From Hormiphora californensis (taxonomy: Eukaryota; Animalia; Ctenophora), in assembly GCA_020137815.1 (NCBI GenBank), contig CM035362.1, positions 2,170,001 through 2,234,000 on the forward strand: a DNA stretch of 64,000 bases, written 5' to 3'. A program made the translations under genes and the position numbers. Below, piece by piece: positions 40,120-54,657 of the stretch. Within the stretch, counting starts at the first letter, position 1. Every line of letters starts with the position of its first letter. The notes below the pieces were generated by a model. The model did no database searches, was not told where the DNA came from, and saw only the letters and a program-made list of their open reading frames with translations.

Positions 40120-42862
40120 CAGTTTTGAAGTGAACGATAAGTGAAGAATGGAGATGAAGAAGTTAGTGATATGAAGTGAAGAGTTTTCGTGACATAAGCT
40201 CAGAGACGATATGGCGTTATCCGATGAGAAACATACCACATGATAAATTGTTTGAAACGCCAGCTGCCTGACCAGCCCGTACAAAGAATTTGTGCAGATA
40301 CTGACACTTTAATTGGGCTATGGTATTGATCGTGTGGTGGCGCCACGAAGCTGTATTTAATTAAATCTGTTTTACAGTTGCAATCCCCGAAAATATTTGT
40401 GTATTCGTATCCGTTAAAGAACAGAAGTTCTTGAAGTGTGGCTAATTTGGTGACGCGGGCTTCCCCAAAAAACCGCGGTAGCTGTAGGCGGTAAATGTTA
40501 AAGTGAGAGAGAACAGATCTGGTTAACATATTTTACCGCCTACCAAAAAACCGCATGTCTATATCTTTTTTAGAAGATTTCACGTGGACTTCTGCATGTG
40601 AACTTTGAGTGCGGCTGATCGTTCCAAACAGGTGATTTAGTTGTTCTTCGTGACATGTCTCTGAAACGAAGATCTTTCACAACAATTTCAATTAGTGCAC
40701 TAGCTAGGCTTAGCTGTTTTAGTGTTTTGGCACATGTTCAATCATATCCTGCTGGGTGAGGTCAGGCATTGCGCTGACATGGCTGACCCCTGCTGCTCCG
40801 TCTCATGATACATGTTAGTTTGACATCACTAGTCATGGGCTGTCTAGGTGGCCAGGTGTAACCGGTTGTGCGTATCAGTAACCGGTTGTATCTCAGGAAC
40901 AAAAGATGCTATACGGTCTTGCACTCTTGCGGTTTTTTAGAAGCTATAAGTAATTAAATCATGTACATAATTGCTGATATTTGAGATCATGATCTCCTCG
41001 TTTCAGTCTAATTTATCAAAATAATGATCGAAATTCCATTTATTGATCGATAAATGGAATTTCGATCATTATTTTGATAAATTAGACTGAAACGAGGCCT
41101 TAATTAAAGTCTGATATCAATATATTATCCAAATGGTCATTGGTGATAGATTTAAACTTTCTCTTGCAATTCCCTCCCCGTTATAATCGCTCTCTTGCTT
41201 CCCCTCTCACACACATGCACTGCCTAATTATATATGTAATGACCTGCTTTAATGACTGGATGAGACCTCAGTTACTTATTAATTATAGATTCAACCAGCT
41301 CGTGTACAGTCGACCAGAGCTCTCAAGATGTCTACTATTAATAGGTTGTTCTTGGAAAATTGGTAATTTTGTAATTATAATAGTCGGACCCCGATTTACC
41401 GGGATGCTAGGGGACAGGACTTTTAGCTTTGCCCCGTAAATCGGGAACAGCTAATGGAACAGCTAGAGCGCAATTATGACCTCATGATTTTATAATTGAA
41501 CCATGTACGCTTTCAAGTATTAATATATTTTTAAGATTATGCTAAAAATATGTAATTTGTTTACCAATTAGCTGTACAACATTTATCGCAATTAGTATAT
41601 TTTCCACTTGGCAGATCCATTATCAGATTAGAGTAAATTTGAACTACTTAATTTTAACATGTTTTGTAGGTTCTCTCTTATTCACCACAATATAATGTCC
41701 CCATGTCTTACAGCTCCTGATGCAACTGTCTTCTTGTATACTTGCTGTCTGGCGGCGCCAGACCCCAATTTGACAGTGCGCTCAGATGGGTCGCGGTGCC
41801 AGACAGTATACTTGTGTCTTCTTATCTGTCTAATGAACGATGTACGTGGGTTAAACCCACAAGGCCTTGCAAGATCACTGTTCAGATGATGTGTACGTAG
41901 GTTATAAAACCCACAAGGCCTTGCAAGGATCACTAGTTATCATGGTTATTGGTTATATGGTTATGATCTTTATAAGCGGTTAAGCCGGCACTATTATAAG
42001 TGAAGGTATCTCATTTATCTTGATGAAACAGATCATATCATATATCTCTGTTCAGATGATGAAAGCTTCCTGCACGTGCGAATAAAAATAGCTGGCGTTG
42101 GAAGTTCGCCTGTAACTTTTGCAATATCTTACTATTCTACTTCTAACTGTCTTATATTGCCTCTAGTTAGCTCTCTCTCTATCCCTTTTTGTCTACCGCT
42201 CCCTCCTTTTCACGAGATCTCTCTATCTCTCTCTGTCCCTATAATACCTGCCTCTCTCTCTATCTCTCTGGCTAAATCTCTCTATCTTCCCTCTCTCCCT
42301 CTATCTCTCTGTGTCCTTCTATCTGTCTCTCTCTGGCTAAATCGCTCTCTCCTAATGTCTATCTCTCCAACTCTCTCTTTATATCTTTATGTTGTCCTCC
42401 TTCTTCATGCTAATGAGTTTCTGGTTAGTTCTCCTACTGCCAGTAGTACTGGCACATGTTAACTGTCTACGTCAGTATCACATATATCTAGTAGAGCACA
42501 AACTACTTTTCCTTTCGAATCGGGCATTTTCTTATAATTACTGCAATCATGATGGCGATCGGACGGAAAATTACCGAAGCTTTATAGGCAATCAGTAAAC
42601 CGCATGGATTCCTAAGATTGCTTTTTCCGGTCGATGTTACATACTATTATCCTACGTTACCGCTGATCATATTGTTTTATGATTTTCCAATGTCGTTGTC
42701 TGCCGTTTAGTTATATTATATTACGATAGCTATAATTATGATACATGGTAGTCGAGCTAGTCTAGAACTTATGAGTATATTCTAATTGTTTGTTGAACAA
42801 GTAACATACAATTGTAGTGATAATATCCGGATGAATGGTGTGACGTGTGTGTTTCTATCAAA

Positions 42863-44116
42863 ATGGCATCAAACCTAACTGATGAAGAGGTTAGTAATTA
42901 GTTTGTAGGGATCCTGCAATTGCTGCAGCTGAGGGACCCCATCAAGGTACCTCAAATCATTAATGGCTCGAGTGTGGGGTTGTTATAGTGGTTTTGGCGG
43001 TATGACCCCATTTTAAAAGTCCGCTCAGACCGGAGCCTAGCCGTTCCACATTATTGATGGTTCCAAATTTGTTTGTTTCCTCCTGTTCTGTTTGATTCCT
43101 TATTGATTTATTGTTTGTCTCATTCAATTCCAGATAGTGGAGTTGCGGAAGTTATTTGTAGACTACGATGGAGATGGCAGCGGGGAGCTGGATGTGGAGG
43201 AAATGAAGAAACTGGTGGACAATCTGAAAATTGTTACAACAACTGACGACCTTGATGTGAGTACACGCTGAGTGCAGAAGCCAGAACAAGATATACAGGT
43301 GGGGAGCTAGTGCAAGGTATCATGCTATAGTGAGGTATCATGCTATAAGTGAGGTATCATGCTAGACGCTAGTGAGGTATCATGCTAGTGAGGGAGAGAT
43401 CCAATATCCATATGTTATTAGGAGAGATCAGAATGATTAATGATCCTTCTATTTTCAGATCATGTACAGTGTTTTGGACTCCGATGGAGGTGGTACTATC
43501 GACTGTGACGAGCTTATGAATACCATAGATGGCTTCATGCGGGAGGTGTAAGTAAAAACTGATCACTTAACTTAATTAATTAACTTAATTTTTTTCACGT
43601 TCTGCTTGTTTGTGAAATGTGAAACTATATTCAGGTACACAGGGAATGAGGTTGAGGAATCATTTACCCACCTGTGCTCAAGTGTAGTGGAAAACTCACA
43701 GGGCGACTCACAGGGGGATAAAGTCATCACCGCAAAGGATCTTGCCAATGTAACTATTAATATCACCTATATCACCATGTGACAACATGACAACATGACA
43801 ACGGGCCCATACTGCCCATTATACTGCCCACAACGTCTTAGCTTTGTAATCTCTATACCGCATCACATGTCATTCATGACCTCTCAAACAAGAATCGGTA
43901 AACATCACCATCAAGTTGCGTATAATTATACGCAATGAGCTAAATCCTCCCCAATACAATGAACTAAGTTCCTCTTCCCCTCTCCTGCAGGCGATGAATT
44001 TGGCAGGGGTCTATATGACTGAGGAAGAGGTATTATCTCTCTTGAATGAAGTGGACGCCTCCGGGGACGGTGAAATTGACTTTAACGAGTTTAGAAACAC
44101 TATCTTAGGGTTCTAA
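42863..44116 (+). CDS. Calmodulin-like EF-hand protein, 159 aa, 5 exons
   Basis: Exons 42863-42889, 43134-43256, 43459-43547, 43635-43749, 43991-44116. Loops DGDGSGELDVEE, DSDGGGTIDCDE, DASGDGEIDFNE; EF3 is degenerate. Confidence 0.9.
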
Positions 44117-44783
44117 AAATAATCCGATCCCAATTTGCCGGTCCCCGATTTATTGGGAAAAATGGCCTTTCCCCCGAACCTGGATTCCCGGTAAATCGGA
44201 GTCCTACTGTGCATGTATAAATCGATTCACTAGATATTATCTCGGAGACTCTTGGAGAGTGGTGAACTTTAATTGCTCAATTCCATGATTCAATTGATTG
44301 TATTTTTAACCTAGCAGATAATGCTATATTAACTACTGGAAGACCAAAGTGCTGGTCCCTTAAAGTCTTGAAGAAAGTGCGATTAATATTATATGTAAAT
44401 ATGAATGTGTAATCTGTAAATACGACACTATTTGTTTTCTAATAAACACAAGTTCTTTTAAATATCTATCAACGGGAATATTATACCGACATAAATAGCG
44501 ATCACATACTGCCAGGCGACGATACATTTGAATAGAATTCGATTTCTTATCCCGTCACTGACACACTGAACGTACAGCCCTTAGCTTTTATAGTTCATAG
44601 TTCAAAAGATATTAGTCTTTCAGGCTAGTTAACTATTTCTAAACTTTATCATGACCTTATTCGGCTAATACATGGCCATTTGAATTGTTCCTTTTTCCTA
44701 AGATCTAGTTCTAAAGCTGTTTAATAGCTGATCTAATTGCGTTACAGACACCATATCTATAATTGGTTCATTCACATATCGTA

Positions 44784-47169
44784 CTAATTGAGGAGTTGAT
44801 GTCCAGTAACAAGGGATGCGTAGTTAGTCTTTAAAAATAAGGGAGAAGCGTGCTGGTTCGTAATAGCTGGTGTAATGGAAAGGTTAGACCTTTTACAAAT
44901 GTTGGAATTCGATCGAAGAGTTTCCCCCTTGGTACAATTCGTGGGAACCAATTCCCGTGAGGACTGTTTCCTCCGAAGGAACCAATCTCGCAGGACCGTC
45001 CTGAAAGATTCCAGACGGAAGGCGAAGAGATACGGATTTACAACAGGTCCCAGGTAGGTCAACCACCAGCCAATGTCAAACAGAGTTGGGAGAATACGAT
45101 TACACTTGTGTTGGTTGAGGATGTGTTGGTTTAGGATGATGTAGACAACCAGATAGGGAATCCAGCTGCAGTGAGAAATAAAGTGTTAGAAACCCATTCG
45201 GTGACAACTTAAGGCATGTGCTACAGTCCCCTCGTGGGCGTACCCCCACAGAATTAGAGGGGCCTGCAGCGTATATGTCAAGGTAAAATTTTAAAACTAA
45301 TCTTCAGAGTTTCTCTTGTGAAGATGCGTTTTAAAATCTTTGAGAAATTGAAACTGAGCCTCTTCACAAGTTATGCACATAACAAAATAAAATTGACCAT
45401 GTATGGTCATCCAATTGTTCTTTATAACGGACAAGCTTCCAACACAATTCCTACCTCATCACAAAGACGGTCACAACAACGATTGTAGTAGTAACTGCCC
45501 GGATGTACATGGGTGTAAAGCTCTTGTTCTCTGCTGCTGTCCCAGCTGTACCGGGTAGGACACATGCTTGCTGTCTGTTCATATTTCCCACGTGGTACCG
45601 GATAACAAACAGAACATACCTGAGAGGAGCATATGGGAGAATTAGTACAGTAGGAGCCCGAATTACTGGGAGGAAAAACTTATATACACCGAAATATTTC
45701 GTCCTATATTTTCACTGAAAATTTCAAAGATTATATTCTTGTTTGGATATGCACTTACCCATTACAAACTAGCATGGTCGCCAGTAGTGTAAAGTTGAAG
45801 GTCAATTCGAAGTAGCTGTAGATGTTACTCGCGCTACGGTCTTCATTTTGGTCCCAGTAAATTACACACTGCTTGTACCGTGTGTTGTATTTAACAAAAC
45901 CCTCCTATATGGAGAATTAGTTGATTGCCGAATAATATTATTATTATTATAATAATAATAATAATAAAATAGTTAATTTACGGTAGCGCTTTTGCTCAGT
46001 GCTCACAGAGTTATAGCAGCAGCTGTAGTAGGGGACACAATGTATAAACAGCTGTCAACTTACACCATAATCAAGAAGGAAAAAGAGGAGGAATCCCGAC
46101 GTGTAGACAATGGCCCAGGATACCGCTATAACGGTGAGGATGAGTCTACTGGAGCAGTGTCTCCGATAGTAGAGCGGTACAGAGATGGAGATTAGACGCT
46201 CCAATGAAATCAGGGCTATGTTTGTCGTTGTAACCTAGGGAGAGGTTGAATAAGTTTAGTTGTTTAGACATTCGATTAATATTTGAAAACAAAGTATGAT
46301 GCATGAACCTTCTATGACAGCTGTACGAAATGTGTTGTAAAGCACGTGTTACCTTCATCGATACAAGAGCTACGATTGCAGTAAATCTGCACCACGTATC
46401 CCCTCCCAGCCAGGAGTCAGTGAAGCATGCCACTGATACAAACACGAGGTAGAGAAGGGCCGTCAGTAGATCATTTAGTGATGTCGCTCCTGTAATAATA
46501 ATGATATGATAATATGATAATGTAATGATAACATTATATTAATAGATGTTATATGTACCACTTTTATTCCGCCCACATGATAGCCGTTAAAGCAATCACT
46601 AAATTAAAGTGTAAGTAGATCCTTCTAATTCTACAAAGCTATATATAAGTTACCGATAATGAGGTTTGAAGGAGTCCTAACCCGTTTCCGTTGGATTAGA
46701 ACAGACAACACCAACACGTTACCAACTATCTGTGGATGGATTATTCGCTATTATTTCACGAGATTGTTATTGAAAATAGTTTGAAATGAGAGACATAAAG
46801 TAATTTTGGCTGAAAAGCTATGTCCAAGAACCCTGGCCATAAAACGTTGGTAGCGTGCACGCTACTCCGGCCGGTTCAGGGTTATGACAAACAGGGCGTC
46901 AGGGCAATGCCTCACCAAAATACCACATACCATGAGAAGTGTAATTCCAGCAGTAACGACACCCAATACAGGGGCCCTGCCATCCTTCCACAATACATTG
47001 TCTGGTAAATCGTTCCTATCCTCTGGTAGAGTTACCGTCGCACCTAAAATCAATGATTTTATTGGATTCCGATTATGGAATACGAATTATGGTTTCGGTA
47101 CTCGTTTTGCCGAGAGAAACCTAAAGTAAAGTCGACAGCAAACACAACTGGCGTAGATGAGAAAAACAT
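44784..47169 (-). CDS. Class A orphan GPCR, ~8 exons (5' exon tentative)
   Basis: IVGNVLV..RTPSN; SLNDLL; WLGGDTWC; ISLERL; ECL2 Cys; SWIPY; WLTYLGPVVNPYLFAFR + helix 8. Confidence 0.88.
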
Positions 47170-47582
47170 TCTAGCACTCTCCAGTCTCCTATTCGCGCCC
47201 TACGTGAAGTTAGGGTGTATCAGTATGTTTTTAATTGACTCGCTCAGAAAACTTTACCTGGATCGGTGAAGTGCACATTCGATTCGTTAGCTGTGGAATC
47301 CGTTATTCGGATGGCTATTCCCGTAATAGTTTGTACGTTCATATCTATCAAGATCGGTTTGTTAAGAAACAAATGACAAGAACAGAAACAGAATTGGACA
47401 ATATTGTTGGAGGCTTCTCAAGTCTCAAAAGAGATATATTTGATACTCTAGGATAACTTCACACAGATTAGACCGGCCGTATACATTTAGTTTCACGTAT
47501 CAGCACCTGGTGTAGCGCCGCAGCATGTGAATCAAATGTAGCACCTATAATAGGCCTCAATACGAAAAGAGCAATATATATA

Positions 47583-47720
47583 CAGTCGGACCCCGATTTA
47601 GTAGCATCCTCGGGGGAAAAAATCCTGCTACTAAATCGGGGTGCCACTAAATCGGGGGCAAATAATGTTAATTTCCTAAATCGGGGGAAAAAATCCTGCC
47701 ACTAAATCGGTGTCCGACTG
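47583..47720. mobile_element. Tigger/pogo-like MITE (same family as 18837)
   Basis: TA|CAGTCGGACCCCGATTTAG ... CTAAATCGGTGTCCGACTG|TA. Confidence 0.85.
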
Positions 47721-50700
47721 TATAATCCTAATTAAAGATCGTGATGTGAAGATCATTAGTGTACTAACGATCTTCATATGGTGGCTCTAAATTAAATAAG
47801 AATATTATGCAGTAGAAATGCATTGATCATTTGGTCATCTCATAGTTCATAAGCTACGAATAAGAAATGGCTGTGGATGTAAAAGACTACAGAAATGACA
47901 GCACAACGTCCTACAATAACTTTGCCAAGATTAATTTGATCTTCCGTTCATCTGAGCTCCTCAGGTTCTATGATAGTCGAATGTCAATCTACCTCTTGAC
48001 AAATTCAAAGTGGTTACAGCCATTCGATCTATCGAAATTAAGGGCACAAATCGAATTTGAAGTGAGTGAAGAGGTGGCAGGCTTCTCGAAAAATCTTTAA
48101 CCTTACATTGCTGATTTTGCAGCTGAGCTTAATGAACTTTCTCGTGCAAGATGTCTGAAGATTAAATCTGGAGTTGTCAAATAATGAAAGTATGAAATAA
48201 TGAGTATCTTTGGCATATTGTAGAGGAAAACAGTTTACATTTTATCCCTGAAACCTCAGGTTTCAGGATTCTTCCCGGCTCCATACCTCTCAGTAAAGCA
48301 ATAAATAAAACATGAACATGGTAGCAGTATGCCGGTATATGGAACGCGTTTAGACTTTTCAACGGCTCATTAAATATTTCTCGCCGAAGAAGAACAAGAA
48401 ACATTATTCTTCAGCCCTCACAATTAATATGTTCACAATGCAAATGAACTTTCAATGTTATTATAGACGTACAATGGCTATGAGATTGAGAGTTCATTTT
48501 GGAAATATTAATTGTGACTGTGAAGGCTGAAGACGACGATCGTACATCATTTCTCTCTCCCTCTGATCTCTCTCGCACTATAAGATCAAAGAAGACTGTG
48601 CAGTTTCACATGACGTCTAGCGGTGTTGACCTCCCCATGTTCGGCCACACAGAATACACACGATATGGCGAACGACTCTCAGCTCCAGCTCACTCATGAG
48701 TCTCGGCGGCGGCGACCAAGACATGTACACAAAATTATTCTTTTATGTGTGTTAGGATATTTTAGACAAGTATAACAGTCGGACCTCGATTTACCAGGAT
48801 GCTTGGGGGAAAGGGTTTTGTCTGGTACACCTGGGTGAAATACCGCTAAATTCGGAGGAAATTCATCCACCCGGTAAATGGGGGGCCAGTAAATCGGGGT
48901 CCGACTGTACAGGGTATTGGCGCACCCTTGATACGGTGAAGTTAATCTCGTCTAATTGGGCAATTGGGCAAGAATATGAATGTAATGATAAATTGTTTAG
49001 GCCATACCAGTTGCCCTAGACAATTATCTTAACATATATGCGTCCTATGTTGAAAGCGTAACAATAAAGTAATTATATCTCAGTCGAGCGTTCATCTATA
49101 ATTGATGACACATGTGTACAAGAAGGGGTTGGCGTCAATTTAACACCGATTAAATTGTTGGGCACATTTAACGAACTAAGGGAGTAAAAAAGGCAATACT
49201 CCTCGACAATATGCTTTATACGCTTTGCAATACTCTTATTGCCTCTTTCGAAGCCCCCTTCCCCTTAGATATCTCTCCATCTATCGCTCATTCTTTCTTT
49301 TTATCGCTCTCTCTTTCTCCAGCCTTCCCTCTCTCTCCCTTCTCTCTCCCTCTCGATATCGCTAAATATGCTCGCTATATAATAGCACGTCATACGTGAT
49401 GTGAGGAAGAGATGAGAGAGGGATCTATAAAAGACCTGGGCAATTTCATCAGTATTGTCCATACACAATACCACCTTGATCATATCTCCTTAAAATCTCT
49501 CTTTCTCTCTCTTTCTCTCTCTCTCACTCTCTCTTTCTCTCTCTCTCTGAGAGAGATGATACGAACTACCGTTCTTCGTTTTCCTGACTTTGAACGATAT
49601 GGGAGTGGTAAATCAGAGAATCGGTGGGGTAACTGAGAGGGTTTGTGATAATGTGATATGTTAAGGAATATGTGAGAGGGACATTGCTACATGAGGCAAC
49701 ACGATTTTCAAGGTAATCATCCGTTACAATTACTATCATGAACGTTTAGGCCTGGATCATTGAAAGAATTAACTAATATAACTGCATTGCCCCATTTCTG
49801 GTGGCGGAATATGTTTTGAACTCAGATCGTGGCGCAGAAAGCTGTTAAGTGTTGCCTATAAAAAAGCGAAAAATAAGTTTATCACAACAGCTGGAGATAT
49901 AATAGTAATACCTAGCGTCAAATAAGTAGATGCGAACTATATGAAATGCCGACAGCTTGAAATAGTATTTATAGTTACTGTGTTACACAGCTGCAGTGAG
50001 ACAAGTAGCTGACCACCATGTGTTTCTATACTACTGAGGGTTCACTAATTATAGATACCCAAATAGTACTTTTATTATTATAGGGGTTGAGCTGATATTA
50101 TTTTTACTTTGCAAACATATTCCCAAAAACCACGAACTTTCCATGGTGTTCTATTTTGATAAAGTTTCAGGCTTCAGCTATTTTAAATTGTAATTCAAGG
50201 CACAATATATGTAGAAAGGACAATAGAAAAGGAAATAGGAACAATAAAAATAGCAGCATACAGTTTTAGTGGGGTACCATCCCTGTAACGAGAAAGCTAG
50301 AAGCATGGCCTCTCGAGAAGTTGAAATATATCAAAATCCGTCAAGAATCGAGAATTTATATACTCTTGACGGATTTTGACGAATATAAATCTATCGTATG
50401 CATATTTACATATTATCATATGCCACCAAGAAGAAGTCACATGACACCATAAGGACTATTTGACAATGGATGACATTTGACAAAATATGATGGATAGAGA
50501 CTCCTAGTACAATACTTCATCATTCATCAAATAGATTGACAGAGACAGCTTGGCGGAAGGCCAGAACGCATCTTGCTTTATCCTAGGTTCTCTAATCAAA
50601 GACATTCCTTCTTAGTTCTCACGAAACATTTGATGAAAATTACTATGAATAGCTGTTGAGATACATAATGCTGAAGAATGATGGAGCTTCCAGGAAAACT

Positions 50701-52449
50701 TCCCTAGACCGGAAATAGCTGGTAAAAATAAAGCTGCCAAAATTAGCAAATTAAATCGTATCTAATTATGAGTATCTCAGTTCTATAGTGAGTGATGGAG
50801 TGACTATAATCCAGTTTATCACAGTGTTAACTAAGTATCAGCTACCGGCTACCCTGCTGCTAAATTTACAGATCCACGGTTTCGCTTTCGAGCTATAGAT
50901 GTTGTTGGGTATAATATATCCGTGCGAATATTTAGGTTCTGCAATCTGCATGGTATACATGGCATATGCAGCAGGACATATAGCAACTAAAATGAATTTT
51001 GTTCATTATCTTTATGTGATGAACATACTTTATATGGCATAAAATATATGCGACTCCCCCTAATATCCCGCCACAATTTAGTGTCATTTCGGGTGGCGGG
51101 TCCCATCAGTTGAAGTGCATGCGAGAGAGAAAGAGAACCGAATGAACATGCATACTACAGACATGAATGAACATTGAACAGTGCATGGGCTATATAACAA
51201 TAGACATAAAATTTGCAGCAGTATGAACGCGACGGTACTCACTACTCGACATACACTTTTTGGAGATTGCAGAAAATAAAACAAAAGAAAGAATATGAGA
51301 ATAAGTTTAACGTGTGGACCATGGATCTATCGTATATGGCAAACAAAAGGATGCTACGACGCATAAAATAACATGAAATCGTATTCCGTGTGAGAAAAAC
51401 ACCATGATTTTAGGAGAACTCATATTTTAGCAGTGTTATAACAACTTAGTGATCAAATGAATCGAAGTGCACGGAAGTTGTACGGAAGTTGTTATTTGAG
51501 TAACGCGTTTCCTAATTTCCTAGACACAAAACAAAACTTTTAAAAGTTTTGTTTTGTGTCTAGGAAATTAGGAAACTGATAGCTTTATCCATATATGTTT
51601 ATTCCATGTCTGAACTCTGAAAATGTGCTTTCATAATTATGAAAGCACATTTTCAGATTTCATAATTATGAAAGCACAGATTTCAGACATGGAATAAACA
51701 TATATGGATAAAGCTATCAGCTGAGTCCAAACTGGGAGAACTGGAGTTCAACTTGAATCCAGTACGGCTATTTTCCGCTAGTGCCAGCCGTCTGAATCAG
51801 GTTGAAAAAGCGTTTACTGGAGTAGTGCAGGTATAATAACGGTTAGATTTACACAAGACGTGGGATAATTGCTTTTCTGTTTGCTACATATAGTTATCCC
51901 CGGGGATTTAAACCAAGTTGGGATGAGGCACGTGATATATAATTTCGATAAGTCTTTGATCTAAAATTCGAAGCGAATATTAAAAGTTGGTGGGCGATGA
52001 ATTGTGAAAATGCACTCATAACTTCCAGCTCATGCTGATGCACAGAATAAAATAATGCAATTGGAAAATTAATAAAGCAGGGAGAGAATTATATTTGATC
52101 GATAGATAGACTTATAAGAAGCTAAGAAAACGGCAAAACGCAATTCTCTGAAGGTACCAATAGAAAGCGCCTACAAACAAACAGATATTATAGGGATAAA
52201 TTAAGAGAGCCATTAAACTTATAAACAAAGAAAAATAGAAGAGCGGAGAGAGATAAACGTAACAGAAACATAGATAGAGAGAGAGAGAGATAGACATATC
52301 CTTCTAGCATTTCCACAATTCATTAAGCGTTTTGGGATAAAAACAATATCGGACACAGATTGGACAACCTATTTAATGGCTTAAAATGACGCAAAGCTCG
52401 TTGAACTCATTTCTGTCTGCATCCATTATTTTATTATTTTATTTCTCTG

Positions 52450-52540
<91 letters not shown>

Positions 52541-52870
52541 CGTTCTCTCTATCTGAGGTGGATTTCTAAATGGACCCGCCGGATATGATGAGGGATTTTA
52601 AAAAGACGTCGGGAAACTGCGATGAATAAAGTAGTGCTGTAAGTGCAGTTCCCGACATTTTTGGTTGAACATGATCAGACCCCGCGCGTTACGTGCCGAT
52701 TCACCGGGATGCTCGGAAAAAGGATTTTGTGTGGTAAATAAGGGAATGCGTGGTAAATAAGGGAATCCCGAATCCGCTATATCGAGGTTTGGCTGACGGC
52801 TGTATAGATTGCAAAAAACATAGAAAACAATTGCAACGATAAAACACTTGTTCTTCGGAGGAAGCCAAGG

Positions 52871-52997
<127 letters not shown>

Positions 52998-54657
52998 GGT
53001 TCACACTTGCTTCCTGTACAAAAAGAAGAAGTCCTAGAACATCACCCCCACCCCGCATGCACGTACTTTTTCCCAGTTAACGTCACGTGGTTGCAGGTTG
53101 CTAGGTAATACGGAACTATGGTGAGATGATACCTGACATTCTTTTTCTCACGCCCATATCTTCAATTAGTGTGTAATGGTACCCATTTCCAAGTCACTGC
53201 GCTAGAATAGTCTAGTGGAAACCTTGGTGAAGAGATTGCTTTTACATTTTTTACTTATAGGTTCGATGCAGGTTTCCACTAGACTATAGAAGTATATACC
53301 CTGCTAACTTAAATAATGCGCCAGTTGCGAGAAGTCCCACTAGCGCGCTCTCGATAACCAGCCAGTCCAGCGGCAGATTATTTCCCACTGGCAGGTTATT
53401 TATTTTTAACTCCTATGTTACATTCAAAGTGTGTGTAAATGATCAGTTCTTACTGAAATACAGAGGGAACACTATTTGCAAGAGTTACACACTACATTGG
53501 AGAGAAAGAAAGAACACATTCCGTCAATTACTCTCTCTTTATCTCCCCTTCTTTCTCACTATCTCAATTCCTCTGTGTTATGTCTGGCATGCCCCATATC
53601 TTGTTATTTCTTTCTCTCTCTCCTTAGTAACTGTTACCAAACACTATACACTCAATTGAGAGATGTTTTTGACTGTTTCTCAGTTCTCTTTGTGTGTTTT
53701 CATTAGTGTTCTCTCTCTTGTTAGTGTGTAATACTTGTAACAAACAACTAAAGCAGGGTATATAACCTATAAACTCTTGTCACAGACGCGTTATAGGTTT
53801 AAACCCCTCCGCCTCTCCCTCGGCTACGCCTCGGGATCGTCGTCGTGATTTAAACCAGTTTATCCGCCAGTGGCGGATAAACTACAGCTACCTTCTCCCA
53901 GCGGCGCGCTGGGAGAAAGGTATCTGAAATAACGCGCCACTGGCAAGAGTTTATACCTCATATATCAGCGGTACTGGTTTCAGTTTCACCATCAAGTGAT
54001 TGTGTAGGGTCCCCTAACGGGGTTCATGCTCATATCAGCCGATCAAATACTGTGTGATTAATCATGATTTTAAATGACTGGAACTAAGCAAATCTGACTA
54101 CAATACACAGAAGACTGTGGTGGTATACTAGGGCGACGACGATGAGAGAGACAGAGAGAGAGAGAAAGAGAGAGAGAGATATAGGATGATGAGGAAGATG
54201 AGAGAGAGAGATAGGATGGTGAGCTGGAGCTCGTGGTGTCTGTCATTCGTCCCTCGATTACCATCATTATATCGATAAAGTTATATTATCATGTGCAAGG
54301 GAAAGGGATGGGCGGGGTGTATTATATACAATTTTAGCTGGACCATGTTGGTTTACCATGCTTTGTCTGGCGGCGCCGACCCGATCTGGGCTGAGCACAT
54401 GTTGTGTCTTGAAAATCGGGCGATTTGTGTTTTGCAGCCAGTATATAGCACCTATCAACGCCTGTTATAGTCATCAGTTTTGCTATTTCGCAATGATAAT
54501 TGGCCGTATGTGCCACATTGTGGTAAGTGAGCGAAATGTTGACCATCCAATCCGTTAAGAAGTAAAATAACCGGTTTTTAGAAACAAATAAAACCAAAAT
54601 GTACACTTTATCCAAATTCAAATACACACACACACCCCTCAAGTATGATAGAGTTCT

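Noticed and set aside
42389-42598. 69-aa ORF with a signal-peptide-like start
   Set aside because: The hydrophobicity follows from the CT-rich low-complexity flank; no other support.
42863-44116. Ca2+-regulated photoprotein
   Set aside because: 159 aa with calmodulin spacing and a degenerate EF3. Photoproteins are ~200 aa, have a degenerate EF2 and contain conserved Trp residues, which are absent here.
44784-47169. Opsin
   Set aside because: The residue six before the TM7 Asn (K296 equivalent) is Tyr here and Phe in the 4778-7216 GPCR, so there is no Schiff-base lysine.
53770-53953. Inverted-repeat-bounded segment with CTCGGCTACGCCTCG and internal hairpins, possibly a TE remnant
   Set aside because: Single degenerate copy in the window with no TSD; cannot be classified.
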